NCBI GenBank assembly: GCA_025356635.1
Contig: JANXRY010000119.1
Span: 10,128 to 74,127, forward strand
Direction: 5' to 3'
DNA from: Gammaproteobacteria bacterium
GTDB taxonomy: Bacteria; Pseudomonadota; Gammaproteobacteria; Xanthomonadales; Xanthomonadaceae
DNA length: 64,000 bases
Part shown: positions 19,025 through 30,400 of the stretch, piece after piece
Layout of the letters: the number at the start of each line of letters is the position of its first letter
Position numbering within the stretch: the stretch's first letter is position 1
The notes under the pieces: generated by a model
The model's database searches: none
Told to the model about the DNA's origin: nothing
The model's input: only the letters and a program-made list of their open reading frames with translations
Program-made: the position numbers and the translations under genes

Positions 19025-19805
19025 CGAGCCAGTCCCGCCACGGCAGATCGGCGTCACCCAGCGCGATGAAATCCGGATTGAGCAGCGAATCCTTGCTGTT
19101 GTAGCGCAAGGGCCGGCCGTCGAGCGTGAGCACCGCGCCGCCGGCGGCCTCCAGCACGCATTGGGCGGCGGCGGTGTCCCATTCCGAAGTCGGACCGAAG
19201 CGCGGATAGACATCGACCCGGCCTTCGGCGATCCGACAGAATTTCAGCGACGAGCCCAGCCCCTGCGTCTGCGCCTCGCCCATGCGTTCCAGTGCGGCGG
19301 TCGTGCGTGGATCCATATGCGAACGGCTCGCTGCAACGCGCAGCGGTTGCGACGCCGGCTTTCGGCTCATGATCGGCACGTCGTTGGCGCCGTCGCGGAC
19401 GAAGGCGCCGACACCGCGGATGCCGTAGTGCAATTCGTCCAGGGCCGGCGCGAACACCACGCCGAAAGTGGTCGCGCCGTCTTCGATCAGCGCGATATTG
19501 ACGGTGAACTCACCGTTCTTCTTGACGAATTCGCGGGTGCCATCGAGCGGATCCACCAGCCAGTAGCGCGCCCAGCGTTGCCGTTCCGCCCAGGGTACGC
19601 TGGCTGATTCTTCCGACAGCACTGGCAGGTCCGGCGTCAGCGCCGTCAATCCGTCCACGATCAGGCGATGCGCGGCCAGATCGGCGGCGGTCAGCGGCGA
19701 GCGATCATCCTTGTGTTCCACCGAAAAGTCTTCGGCGTAGACCTTCATGATCGCCGCGCCGGCGGCGCGCGCGAGCGCGATGACTGCCTCGTGGTCGAAG
19801 TTCAT
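19017..19805 (-). CDS. cysQ: 3'(2'),5'-bisphosphate nucleotidase CysQ
   Basis: 262 aa. Inositol-monophosphatase fold motifs LSEES, WLVDPLDGTREF, SEWDTAAA. Confidence 0.9.
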   Translation of the reverse strand: MNFDHEAVIALARAAGAAIMKVYAEDFSVEHKDDRSPLTAADLAAHRLIVDGLTALTPDLPVLSEESASVPWAERQRWARYWLVDPLDGTREFVKKNGEFTVNIALIEDGATTFGVVFAPALDELHYGIRGVGAFVRDGANDVPIMSRKPASQPLRVAASRSHMDPRTTAALERMGEAQTQGLGSSLKFCRIAEGRVDVYPRFGPTSEWDTAAAQCVLEAAGGAVLTLDGRPLRYNSKDSLLNPDFIALGDADLPWRDWLDG

Positions 19806-20350
19806 CGCCGTGCCGCCAGCAGTTCGCGGACGATGAACAATCCGGCCAGCGAGCGGCCTTCCGAACAGTCCTCGCGCAGGATCAGTTCGTGCAATGCATC
19901 AAGTTTCCAGGGCAGCACTTCCAACTCCTCAGGTTCGTCGCCGGGCAGGCGCTCGGGATACAGCTCTTCGGCCAGCACGAGGTGGATTTCGTGGGTCATG
20001 TAGGAAGGCGCAAGGCTGATCGAGCGCAGGTGGGTCAGCTTGCGTGCACCAAAGCCGGTTTCTTCCTTGAGCTCACGATTGGCGGCGTCAAGGATGCCTT
20101 CACCGGCGTCCATCCGCCCCTTGGGCAGGCCCAATTCATAGCGATGCATGCCGGCGGCGTATTCGCGGATCAGCAGCACCGTGCCCGGCTCGGGGATCGC
20201 GGCGATCATCACCGCGCCGTGGCCACGACTGATCAGCCTTTCGTATCGGCGGCGTTCGCCGTTGGCGAACTCCAGGTCCAGCGTTTCCCGGCGATATGGC
20301 CCGGATTCGACTTCTTCCCGGCCATGGATGATCGGCAGGGTCGGCATCAT
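19802..20350 (-). CDS. nudE: ADP compounds hydrolase NudE (Nudix)
   Basis: Start MMPTLPII at 20350. Nudix box GRMDAGEGILDAANRELKEETGF. Collinear with E. coli NudE from memory (LDLEFANGERRRYERL, LAPSYMTHEIHLVLAEELYPERLPGDEPE). Confidence 0.88.
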   Translation of the reverse strand: MMPTLPIIHGREEVESGPYRRETLDLEFANGERRRYERLISRGHGAVMIAAIPEPGTVLLIREYAAGMHRYELGLPKGRMDAGEGILDAANRELKEETGFGARKLTHLRSISLAPSYMTHEIHLVLAEELYPERLPGDEPEELEVLPWKLDALHELILREDCSEGRSLAGLFIVRELLAARR

Positions 20351-20421
20351 AGCTTCCCTGGCGCATCCGCCAAGCCATCGGATGCATGGACAGAACGGCG
20401 GCGGCTCGGGATCATGGGCGC

Positions 20422-21771
20422 ATGCACAAGGACAACATCGACACCGCGATGCTAGCAGAGGCCGAGGCCTGGCGTTCGCGCGATCTCGCCGTGCTCTGGC
20501 ATCCCTGCACGCAGATGGCCGAGCATCCCGATACTTTGCCGCTGGTGCCGATCCGGCGCGGCCGTGGCGTCTGGCTTGAAGGCGTTGACGGCCGCCACTA
20601 TCTGGATGCGGTGAGCAGCTGGTGGACCAACCTGTTCGGCCACGCCGAGCCGCGTATCGCCGCGGCGATCGCCCGCCAGGCCGGCGAACTCGAGCACGTG
20701 ATCTTTGCAGGGTTTTCGCATGAGCCCGGCCTGATGCTTGCTGAAAAACTGCTCGCACTCGCGCCGCCCGGATTGGCGCGGGTGTTCTATGCCGACAATG
20801 GCTCGGCCGCAGTGGAAGTAGCGCTGAAGATGAGCTTCCACAGCTTCCTCAATCGCGGCGAATCGCGGCGGAAGAAATTCATCGCCCTGAGCAACGGCTA
20901 CCACGGCGAAACCCTCGGCGCGCTGTCGATGGGTGACATCCCACTGTATCGCCGCATCTACTCGCCGTTGCTACTGCAACCGCTATTCGCCCCGTCGCCC
21001 GATGCCTACGAAGCCGAGCCAGGCGAATCCGCCGAGGCCTGTGCGCTGCGCCGCGCCGACGAACTCGCTACGATCTTCGCCCGCCACGAAGGCGAGATCT
21101 GCGCACTGATCCTGGAACCGCTGGTGCAATGCGCCGGCGGCATGCGAATGTACCACCCCGCCTACCTGCATCGCGCCCGCGAGATCTGCGACGCGCACGG
21201 TGTGCACTTGATCGCCGATGAAATCGCGGTCGGCTTCGGTCGCACCGGCACGCTGTTTGCCTGCGAGCAGGCTGGCATCACTCCTGATTTCCTCTGTCTG
21301 TCGAAAGGTTTGACCGGTGGTTTCCTGCCGATGTCGGCGGTGCTGACCACGGCGGCGGTTTACGAGGCATTCCTGGATGAATCGCGCGATCGCGCCTTCC
21401 TGCATTCGCACAGCTACACCGGCAATCCGCTCGGCTGCGCAGCGGCGCTGGCGTCATTGGCGATCTTCGAAACCGAGCCGGTGCTGGAACGCAACCGCGC
21501 CACCGCCGCGCGCATGGCCGAACTGGCGGCGCCGCTGCGTGAGCATTCACAAGTCATCGACGTACGCCAGACGGGGATGATCCTGGCAGTCGAAATGGCC
21601 CCGGGAGATCGCCGAGGCTTGCGCGCCTATCGGCATGCGCTCGGCGAAGGCGTGCTGCTTCGCCCGCTCGGCGACGTCTTGTATTGGATGCCGCCCTATT
21701 GCATCGACGAGGCGGCCCTGCAGCACCTGGCCAAGACCACATTATCGGCCATCATCGAGGCGGCCCGCTGA
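20422..21771 (+). CDS. bioA: Adenosylmethionine-8-amino-7-oxononanoate aminotransferase BioA
   Basis: Motifs LWHPCTQM, SSWWTNLFGH, DEIAVGFGRTG. ATG 20422 is preferred over ATG 20386 by N-terminal length relative to known BioA. Confidence 0.88.
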   Translation: MHKDNIDTAMLAEAEAWRSRDLAVLWHPCTQMAEHPDTLPLVPIRRGRGVWLEGVDGRHYLDAVSSWWTNLFGHAEPRIAAAIARQAGELEHVIFAGFSHEPGLMLAEKLLALAPPGLARVFYADNGSAAVEVALKMSFHSFLNRGESRRKKFIALSNGYHGETLGALSMGDIPLYRRIYSPLLLQPLFAPSPDAYEAEPGESAEACALRRADELATIFARHEGEICALILEPLVQCAGGMRMYHPAYLHRAREICDAHGVHLIADEIAVGFGRTGTLFACEQAGITPDFLCLSKGLTGGFLPMSAVLTTAAVYEAFLDESRDRAFLHSHSYTGNPLGCAAALASLAIFETEPVLERNRATAARMAELAAPLREHSQVIDVRQTGMILAVEMAPGDRRGLRAYRHALGEGVLLRPLGDVLYWMPPYCIDEAALQHLAKTTLSAIIEAAR

Positions 21772-22502
21772 TGCGCACGATCCGTAGTTTCCTCGACGCC
21801 CCGCTCGCCATAGGCCAGCACCTCGCCTTGCCGGAAGCGACCAGCAACCATCTCGTGCGCGTGTTGCGGCTGGAGATCGGCGACGCCTGCGTGCTGTTCA
21901 ACGGCGACGGCCACGATTACCAGGCGCGCCTCCTCGGATTGCTCAAGCGCGGCGCGGAAGTGGAGATCACCGGCCGCATCGAGGTGAAGAATGAATCGCC
22001 GCTGCACATCACTCTCGCCCAGGGCATCGCCCGTAGCGAAAAGATGGATCTGATCCTGCAGAAGGCCACTGAACTCGGAGTCGCGGTGATCGCGCCAGTA
22101 GTGACCGACCGGACCGAAGTGAAGCTCGACGGCGAGCGTTCGGACAAGAGAATGAACCATTGGCGCGGTGTCACGGCATCGGCCTGCGAGCAATGTGGGC
22201 GCGCGCGACTTCCGGCAGTTCTCGCACCGCAGACGCTGGATCGATTCGCGGCCGGTGATGGCAACGCGCGCCGGTTCATCCTGGATCCGGCAGCAAAACT
22301 GTCGTTACCGGAGGCCGCGTTGGTGGCAGACACTTTGACCCTGGCGATCGGCCCCGAGGGTGGATTCAGCGAACGCGACATCGCCACGCTCAAGGTCGCC
22401 GGTTACGAAGGGCTGCGCATGGGGCCGCGCATCCTGCGCACGGAAACGGCCGGGATGGCGGCGATCGCCGCGCTCAATGCGCTTTACGGAGACTGGCGCT
22501 AA
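21771..22502 (+). CDS. rsmE: 16S rRNA (uracil1498-N3)-methyltransferase RsmE
   Basis: MRTIRSFLDAPLAIGQHLALPEATSNHLVRVLRL...IGPEGGFSERD...LGPRILRTETA. The ATG shares one base with the bioA TGA. Confidence 0.88.
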   Translation: MRTIRSFLDAPLAIGQHLALPEATSNHLVRVLRLEIGDACVLFNGDGHDYQARLLGLLKRGAEVEITGRIEVKNESPLHITLAQGIARSEKMDLILQKATELGVAVIAPVVTDRTEVKLDGERSDKRMNHWRGVTASACEQCGRARLPAVLAPQTLDRFAAGDGNARRFILDPAAKLSLPEAALVADTLTLAIGPEGGFSERDIATLKVAGYEGLRMGPRILRTETAGMAAIAALNALYGDWR

Positions 22503-22521
22503 GCCTCGATTGAAACCAGGC

Positions 22522-22998
22522 TCAGGCGGCTTGTGCGAGCGCCTTGTCGATCAGCAATTCGATACTCATCAAGTCGGGGACTACGGCGACGTCATCGTTG
22601 AGCATTACCTGCGAGTGGACGCCCAGCGGCTGATCCTTGCCATCGCGGGTCTCGGTCAAGCCGGCATTCGATACCGTCACCAGGCGCGGGAATCCTTGCG
22701 ACAGCACGGCAAAATAAGGCAAGCGCGGATTACCACCCAAGGCTTTAAGCACCGCTACCTTGGCACCAATCTGGCCGCCTTCCTGCGACCAGCCAGTCAG
22801 CCGGGAAAAGGACACCAACGGCAGGCGCCAACCGCGCCAGCGGATGCGACCCAACAGCCAGTCCGGCGCGTTCTCGACCGGTTCCGGATCGGAAAAGGTG
22901 ATGACCTCGGCGACGCTGGCGTTGGGCAACAGCAGCCGCCCCTGGCCGACCGTGATCATGACTCCGCGGATGTCTCTTTGTGGGGCATTCACGAGCAT
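22522..22998 (-). CDS. chpC: CheW-like coupling protein ChpC of the Pil-Chp system
   Basis: 158 aa. Single CheW-like domain (LLLPNASVAEVITF...WRGWRLPLVSF). Last gene of the pilG-pilL cluster. Confidence 0.8.
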   Translation of the reverse strand: MLVNAPQRDIRGVMITVGQGRLLLPNASVAEVITFSDPEPVENAPDWLLGRIRWRGWRLPLVSFSRLTGWSQEGGQIGAKVAVLKALGGNPRLPYFAVLSQGFPRLVTVSNAGLTETRDGKDQPLGVHSQVMLNDDVAVVPDLMSIELLIDKALAQAA

Positions 22999-23011
22999 TC
23001 TCCTGAAATTT

Positions 23012-24427
23012 TCACAGCGACCAGCGGGCGGCGATTTGCCGGGCCAGTCCCAACGCGGGATAAACGGCCGCTCCCTGTTGTTGCAATGCCAGCGCCGCCG
23101 AAGGATCGAAGCAGACTTCGGGGTCCTGGGCGAAAGCCAAGCCGCCGGCAGTTCTCAGCGCCATTGCCGCCGCGACAAGCGAGGCATCGGCACCGCTGAG
23201 AAAGACCACCACACTGGCACTTGCCGGCAATGCCGTAATCAAGCATTCGAGCGGTCCCGGTTCGAAGCGCAATACTCCTCCGTCAACCCTGAGCGAGATA
23301 CCCGCAGGCAGCACCGAAACACAGCCCGGCCTGGGGATCTCCCCAGCGCAGGCAAGCGCTACCGGTAGCCGGCTGACCTTGGCCAACTGCTCCACCAGAC
23401 GATCGTACTTGCCAACCTCCAGGTGCTGGTAAAGCAGTACGGGTGCCGGCATGCGATCGGGCAAGCTGGACAACACTTGACGCACGGCGTCCGGTCCACC
23501 CAGGCCTGCCAGGATAACTACCGCACCAGCGCCTTGGACACTGCGCATCGTTTCCACGATCTCGCCATCGATCGGCGCCAGGCTGAGCCCGGAATCCGCG
23601 AATACCGGCATGGTGGCAACAACCGGCGCGGGCGCCGCCTTCGGTAGAGGGGTATCCGAGTCGAGCAACGAAAGTTCACCGAAATCCATGTCCGCCAATG
23701 CCGCCAGATCCGCCGGCACCGAAACCGGTGCAGTTTCAACTTGTGCCTGGGTCACCTTGACGGCAGTGTCAGGCGAATGGCCAAACAGAGCTTCCAGGCC
23801 GTCAAGCCCGTCGCCTGTCGATGCATGCTCGAACGCTTCCAGATGCGCCGCCAATTTCGCAACATCTTCGTCCAGCTCGCCTTCGGATGCCTCCGCGTCA
23901 GCATCGTTGTAGTCCTGTCCGGACGAAAACGTGGCGTCAGTCGGAATGCTGTCGGCCAGTGCACGCGTGTCGAGGGTGTAGTCCTCCAGGCGCGCATGGT
24001 CCATCGCCTCCGCTGGCGTCTGCGGCGCGCCGGGCTCGGGAGAAAAATCATGGCGGTCGTGTTCGGCTGCGCCGGCGGGGCTCGGCGGCAGAAGATCCGT
24101 GCCTACCAGCTTGGCAACCAGGTGCCGGGCCCAACGATTCAAATTCCAGCCATCAAGGCCATTGGTGACCTCGGCATCATCGAACATCACCTCGATACCC
24201 GGTGCATCCAGCAAACTGTCGAAGCGTTCCATCGCCGATTCGATCGCCGGTTCGATACCGACCAGAACCAGCGTCGGCGCGAGCGCGAGTATTTCGGTCG
24301 GATCGAGATCGGCAGGATCGCCTTCGACCACCAGCGCTGCACCGGCATCGCCAAGGGCGCGCCGGAGTTGTTCGCGGGCGTTGCCTGCGCGCGCGAGCAG
24401 AGCGACGCGAGGCACCGCCTTAGCCAT
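23012..24427 (-). CDS. ChpB-like protein: degenerate receiver-like N-domain, a ~200-aa acidic linker, and a CheB-methylesterase-like C-domain lacking the catalytic Ser
   Basis: 471 aa. The C-domain reads GAVVILAGLGGPDAVRQVL...LLYQHLEVGKYDRLVEQL...VVFLSGADASL...GGLAFAQDPE, versus canonical G-A-S-T-G-G-P, Q-H-M-P and G-M-G-x-D-G. The N-domain lacks the DD pocket and the phospho-Asp. 8-nt overlap with the pilL stop. Confidence 0.75.
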   Translation of the reverse strand: MAKAVPRVALLARAGNAREQLRRALGDAGAALVVEGDPADLDPTEILALAPTLVLVGIEPAIESAMERFDSLLDAPGIEVMFDDAEVTNGLDGWNLNRWARHLVAKLVGTDLLPPSPAGAAEHDRHDFSPEPGAPQTPAEAMDHARLEDYTLDTRALADSIPTDATFSSGQDYNDADAEASEGELDEDVAKLAAHLEAFEHASTGDGLDGLEALFGHSPDTAVKVTQAQVETAPVSVPADLAALADMDFGELSLLDSDTPLPKAAPAPVVATMPVFADSGLSLAPIDGEIVETMRSVQGAGAVVILAGLGGPDAVRQVLSSLPDRMPAPVLLYQHLEVGKYDRLVEQLAKVSRLPVALACAGEIPRPGCVSVLPAGISLRVDGGVLRFEPGPLECLITALPASASVVVFLSGADASLVAAAMALRTAGGLAFAQDPEVCFDPSAALALQQQGAAVYPALGLARQIAARWSL

Positions 24428-27400
24428 TCACCGACTCCATGCCAAGCATCTCGAACACATTGCGCATGAGCTCTGGCTCTTGGTAGGGTTTGCCGAGGTA
24501 ACGGTCGACGCCGATTTCCATGGCGCGCTGGCGATGCTTTTCGCCGGTACGCGAAGTGATCATGATGATCGGCACATCCTTGAGGCGCGGGTCGGAACGC
24601 ATGTTCTGGGCGACTTCATAACCGTCCATGCGCGGCATTTCGATGTCGAGCAGGACCAGGTCGGGAACGCGTTCGGCCATTTTTTCGACCGCATCCACGC
24701 CGTCCTTCGCGGTGAGCACTTCCATGTTGTTGCGCTCGAGCACGCGGCCAGTGACCTTGCGCATGGTGATCGAATCGTCGACCACCATGACGATGGGAAT
24801 TCTCTGGACTGGCGCCGCAGGCACCTCCGGCAGTGGCACTTCCGGCGTCGCCTCGCGCACGATCGCACTTTGGCGTCGCACCAGCGGCGCGACGTCGAGG
24901 ATCACCACGACGCGCCCGTCACCCATGATGGTGGCGCCGAAAATACCCGGCACCGAACTGACTTGCGGCCCCACCGGCTTGACAACGATTTCGCGACTGC
25001 CGAGCACTTGGTCAATGCAGATCGCCGTGCGCAGATCACCGGATCGCGCCAGCAGCAATGGCATCTGCAGGCTGTCCTGCGCCTTCGCGGGCAAGTGGCC
25101 AATCAGGCGGCCGATATCATGGATCACATACTCTTCGCCCGCATAGGTGAACACCGGGCGATCCGTCGCCAACTGCTTGGCCAGGTCTTTGCGATCGATA
25201 CGACCCACACCCTGCACGGACGCAATCGGCACGGCGAAGCTGGTCTCGCCGATCTTGACGAATACTGCTTGCGTCACCGCCAGCGTGAACGGCAAGCGGA
25301 TGGTGAAATCGGTGCCCTTACCTTCCTCGGACTTGATCTGCAGGGTGCCGCCAAGCTGGCGGATTTCGCTGTAGACAACGTCCATGCCGACGCCACGACC
25401 AGACAGGCGACTGACCGTTTCGGCAGTGGAGAAGCCGGCCTCAAGAACCATGCCGAAGAGTTCATCGTCGGTCAGCACGGCATCGGCCTTGATCAGGCCA
25501 CGTTCGATGGCCTTGGCGCGAATGGCCTTCTTGTCCATGCCCTGGCCGTCGTCGCTGACCTTGAGCACGACTTCCGAACCTTCACGCTGGACAGCGATTC
25601 GGACGGTGCCTTCCTCGGCTTTCTTGGCTTTGCGGCGGTCCGCCGGCAGTTCCAGGCCGTGGGCCATGGAGTTGCGCAGCATGTGCTCGAGCGGAGCGGT
25701 CATGCGATCGAGGACGTTGCGATCCATTTCGCCAGACGCGCCATCAACCTTCAGCTGAACCTGCTTACCGGTGTCGCTGGCTGCCTGTCGCAAGACGCGG
25801 CGCAGACGCGGGACCAAGGCATCGAACGGCACCATGCGAGTGCGCATCAGGCCTTCCTGCAGGTCCGAGCTGACTCGCGATTGCTGCAGCAGCAGGGTTT
25901 CGTACTGGCGGGTGATCTCGTCCAGGTTGCCCTGCAGGTTGACCAAGTCATTGGCCGACTCGGACAGCGCACGCGACAGTTGCTGCTGGGTCGAGAACCG
26001 GTCGAGTTCGAGCGGATCGAAGGTCTCGTCCATCGTCTCGCCTTCGCGCTGGAAGCGGGCGACGATCTGGGCTTCGGTCTCGATCTCCAGGCGGCGCAGC
26101 TGTTCTCGCAGTCGCGTCGTGGTCTGGTTGAGTTCACCAAGATTGGAACGGAACGCGCCCAATTGCTGTTCCAGGCGGGCGCGGTAGATTGCCACCTCAC
26201 CGGCGTAGTTCACCAACCGATCGAGCAGGTCGGCGCGAATACGCACTTGTTCCTGCGTGGCGCGTACACCGGCGAATTCGTCTTCGCCGGCGAGGTCGTC
26301 GATCGGAGCGGAAAGCGGCTGCAGCGGCTTGACCAGCACTGGCGTCGGGACACTCTCGGCCATTTCCGGCTTGCCCGCGACGCCGTCCAGAGACAGGCCG
26401 GCAGACAGTGCCTCGACTTGGGCGATGGTCCCGGTCGGCATTGCCACCGCCTTGCGGGAACTGATGCGTCCAATCATGGCATGCAGTCGGTCGAAGCCAC
26501 GCTCGAGCACGATCACGCCGATGGCACTGAGCCGCTGGCGGCCCTCGGCCACAGCCTCGAGCAGCGATTCCATGGCATGGCCCAATTCGCCGACCGTGAA
26601 GATACCGGCCATGCGCGCGCCACCCTTGAGCGTGTGCAGGTCGCGCTGCAACCCGGTAACCAGCTCGCGGTCATCAGAGCTATCGCGGAGTTTCGCGAGC
26701 AAGCCATCCGAGTGATCGAGGATGTCGTTGGATTCTTCCAAGAAGATGTCGAGCAAGTCAGGATCGATATCGCTGACATCGAGATCCGCATCGGGATCAT
26801 CGGGATCGACCGCCAAGGGCACGGTCGGGCGGGCAACCGGAACTGGCGCCTCGACTTCGACCGCCATTTCCGCTGCCAGTTTGGCCTCGGTCTCTTCCTC
26901 CGACTCGTCGGCGAATTCTTCCGCAACTTCCGTTTCGGCCGCGAGTTCTTCCGGAATCTCTGCTTCGGAGGCCGCTTCAGTTTCAGTTTCAGTTTCAGGT
27001 TCCGCTTCAACCTCTGCTTCCGAGATGGCTTCGAGCCCTGCTTCGGAACCCGACAGCTCGGAAATCTCGTTGTCGGACATGCCGGCGATCGCTTCCACCG
27101 ACAGCGCCTCGACGTAATCGGGCGCCGACGACACTTCGGCACTCGCAGGTACGTCGCCGGCGACCGACTGCTCCGTATTTTCCACTTCCGCTTCCGCAAC
27201 GGCCTCGGCCGTCGCTTCCGCAAGTTCCGGGGCAAGCTCGGGGGCCGTGAGCGCCTCGAGTTCATCCAGGCTGAGTCCGTAATAATCATCTGCACCCACT
27301 GTCGCGGGCGCATCGGCAACCACAGCGAGATCCGCTTCACTGGCGACAGCCTCGATCTCCGGCTCCGCAATGGCATCCGCCATTTCCACATCGGTGGCAT

Positions 27401-30400
27401 TTGCATCAATGACATCGGCTTCGACAAGGTCGGTGCCGACGGGGCCGGTTTCGATGATATCGACAGACGTTGAAGCCTCGTCGACGCCCAGCGACTCAAC
27501 CTCTTCCGGTGCGAAGGCGGCGATCATGCTCGCCAAGGCATCGTCCGACGCCAACACAGCATCTTCCGGGATTACCTCCGTCGGCTCTTCCAGGAACACT
27601 TCGCCGGTCGCGTCTGGCGTTTCTTCCATGGTGAAAATCGGCGTTTGCTCGCCTGCGGATTGCAGGAAATCGTCGAGCGACAGCAGTTCGCCTTCGGGCA
27701 GGTCGGCAATGTCGGGCTCCGCCTCGAACGTCGTGTCTTCGACAACGAGGATTTCCTCGGCCGCCGCCGCTTCATCGGTAGCCGGCAGTGCTTCGGCGAC
27801 AGGCGCTTCGGCGACAGGCGCTTCGGCCACCGGGGCCTCGGGCGCTTGTGCGAATTCGGGCAAAGCCGAAGTATCCGCGTCGCCCATGACGACCGCCTGC
27901 GGAAGCATCGATACTTCTGCCTCTTCCGCATCCAGGTGCACGGGGACACTGGGCAGGTGCGAATCGGGCAAGGTGTTGCGCAAGGCATTGATGCGCGCCG
28001 CCAAGTCGTCGAAATGTGGCAACGAGTGGGCATGTTCGAGCGCAAACAGCGTGACCCGGATCGCCTGCGAGGCTTCCCCGATCAGGCCGATGTCTTCCAC
28101 GGACGGCATCCGGTCATGCGCCAACGCACGCTTGAGATAGCCTTCCAGCGGCGAGGTGACATCGGTAATGACCACGACATCGGTCATGGCGAACGCACCA
28201 TTCATGGTGTGTATCGAGCGGAGCAATGGGTCGGTCACCTGCTGCGGGCCGCCGCTGGCGCAGGCCGCCAACCAACGATCGACGACTTCCAGATGCCCAT
28301 TGACTTCCGGCTTGAGAATCTCGAGCAGCACCGGGTCGATCGAGAATACGTTGCTATCGCTAGCGGTCTCCGCGATCTCCTGCGCCATCATTTCGGCGAT
28401 CGCATCCGACTCGGCCGCAACCGGCTCGGCTTCATCGGCATCGATTGCAGCCGGCTCTTGCGTCACTGCATCGGCAGGCTGGTAGATCGCCTCTTCGCCG
28501 GCCATCAATTTGCCAGCGACATCCTGTATGCCGGCCAGGTCGGCATGGACACTTTGCCCTTGCAAGGCGGCGCGCAACAACGGCAGCGTGTCGAAGGCAT
28601 GGCCGACCAAGGCTTCCACCGCCGGTGTAGCCGAACGACTACCGTCGAGCACGCGGTTGAGCAGGCTCTCCACGCTCCAACTGAATTCGCCGAGCGCCTT
28701 GGCGCCTACCAGGCGTCCGCTACCCTTGAGCGTATGGAAAACACGGCGGATCGGGCGCAGCAATTCCGCGCTATTCGGTTCGACATGCCAGGCGGGAAGC
28801 AGTTGGCTGAGGTTCTGGATCTCCTCTTCGAGCTCTTCGAGGAAGACTTCGCGGATCTCGTCGTCGATTTCCTCGTTGCTCGCGGCATCGAAGCCGGGGA
28901 GCAAGGGAAACTGGCCAGAGGTCGCCGCCATCATGGCGACAGGCGCAGCACTGCCGTGCTCGACAAGCGCTTCGGTGACAGACTCAATCGGCGCTGCATC
29001 GATAGTCGCCGCCATTTCGGGTGTTGCGACAACCGCAACGGGGGCAGCCGGCTTAGCTTTTTCGGCGAGCGGCGCATCGGAAACATCGTCCGCCGGCAGC
29101 GGCCAATACCCGAGGGACTCCAATCCCTGCCGGGCCACTTCCATGATCTGTTCGCGATTCGGTCGGCGGTCACGCAGGGCTTCGAGGTAGTACTCGATGC
29201 TGGCCAAGGCGTCAGCCAGGGAATCCATCTGCTGGCCACTGGGAACACGCCGGCGGCGCAACAATTCGCTTTCCGTGAAGCGCTGCACGCCAAGCAAGTA
29301 TTGCGAAGGAATCGGAAGATCAAGGATGCGCAGCGCCCCAGACACTTCGCTGAGCAAGCGCGGCACATCGGCCAATTGACCATGATCCCAGTGCGTCTCG
29401 ACGAAGGCGACGAAGCACTCGCGAGCATGGCTGAAGTTGGCAATCGCCTCCTTGACCAGCGCCTCGAGCAGCTTGCGCGATTCGGCGGCCGGCATTGGGG
29501 CGGTGCCGGTCGAAGTCGCATCGGAGTCCTTGCCCAGCCGTTCGACCTGGTCGTCCAGGGCAGCTTCGACGTAAAGCAGCGCGCCGGCGATATCGAGCAT
29601 GGTCTCTTCGTCATCCCGGCGTTGGCCGGCGATGACATCGTGGATCGCGGTGCGCTGTTCCTGGACAACCCGGCGCTGAACACCGAGTCCGAGCATCCCG
29701 AGAGTATCGGCGACGCGGTCCAGCGCTTCAGCCTGGACAATCAAGTCGGCCGGCGAGGCATCAGGCGTGCGCAGGTGCAGGTCGAGAGAATCCTTGACCC
29801 GCATCAGGTCTTCTTTGATGGCGCCAGAGACGGTTTCCAGCAAGGCGCGGTTGTTGCCGGCAAGACTACCGCGGGCATGAGCCAGTTCGGCTTCGCTCGG
29901 TTGGCCACCAGTCAGGCCGAACACGCTGCGAATTTCCCCGACTCGGCCGGTATCGGTACCTTCGTGGGCAATGAAATAAAGCAGTTGCTTGGTCAATTCG
30001 AGCGGCGGATCGCTGCGGAAAGCGTCATCGCCACCTTCAGCAAGGCGCTTGATCTCGCGTTCGACCTTGGCCAGCGCCTGCTTGAGCGGCTTGCTGACCG
30101 GGAATGCATTCCTGCCCAGGCCATCAAGCGTCCCGGCTGCCACCCAGAACAGGCGTCGCGCCGGCTCGGCCCGGGTGATCGGGACCAATTGTTCGCAAAC
30201 ATCGGTCAGGTCGCGAATGGTGGCTGCGCTGTTGTCTTCCTTCAACCAACGCAGCAACGCGCCCTGGAACAAGCTATGCAATGTTTCGGCACGCCGGCGC
30301 AGTTCCGCCAGCGGCAACTCCTTCTCGGGACCGCGAGCCGAAGCCGGCAGCGCGCGCGACAGGTCCGGCGAAAACAATACGCTTTCGTTCAGTCCCTTCT

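Noticed and set aside
24099-27473. 1124-aa plus-strand ORF
   Set aside because: It lies entirely antisense to pilL. The sequence is Arg/Gly/His-rich and low-complexity with no recognisable domain, which is the typical stop-free antisense frame of a high-GC gene. pilL on the minus strand has clear Hpt, kinase and REC motifs.
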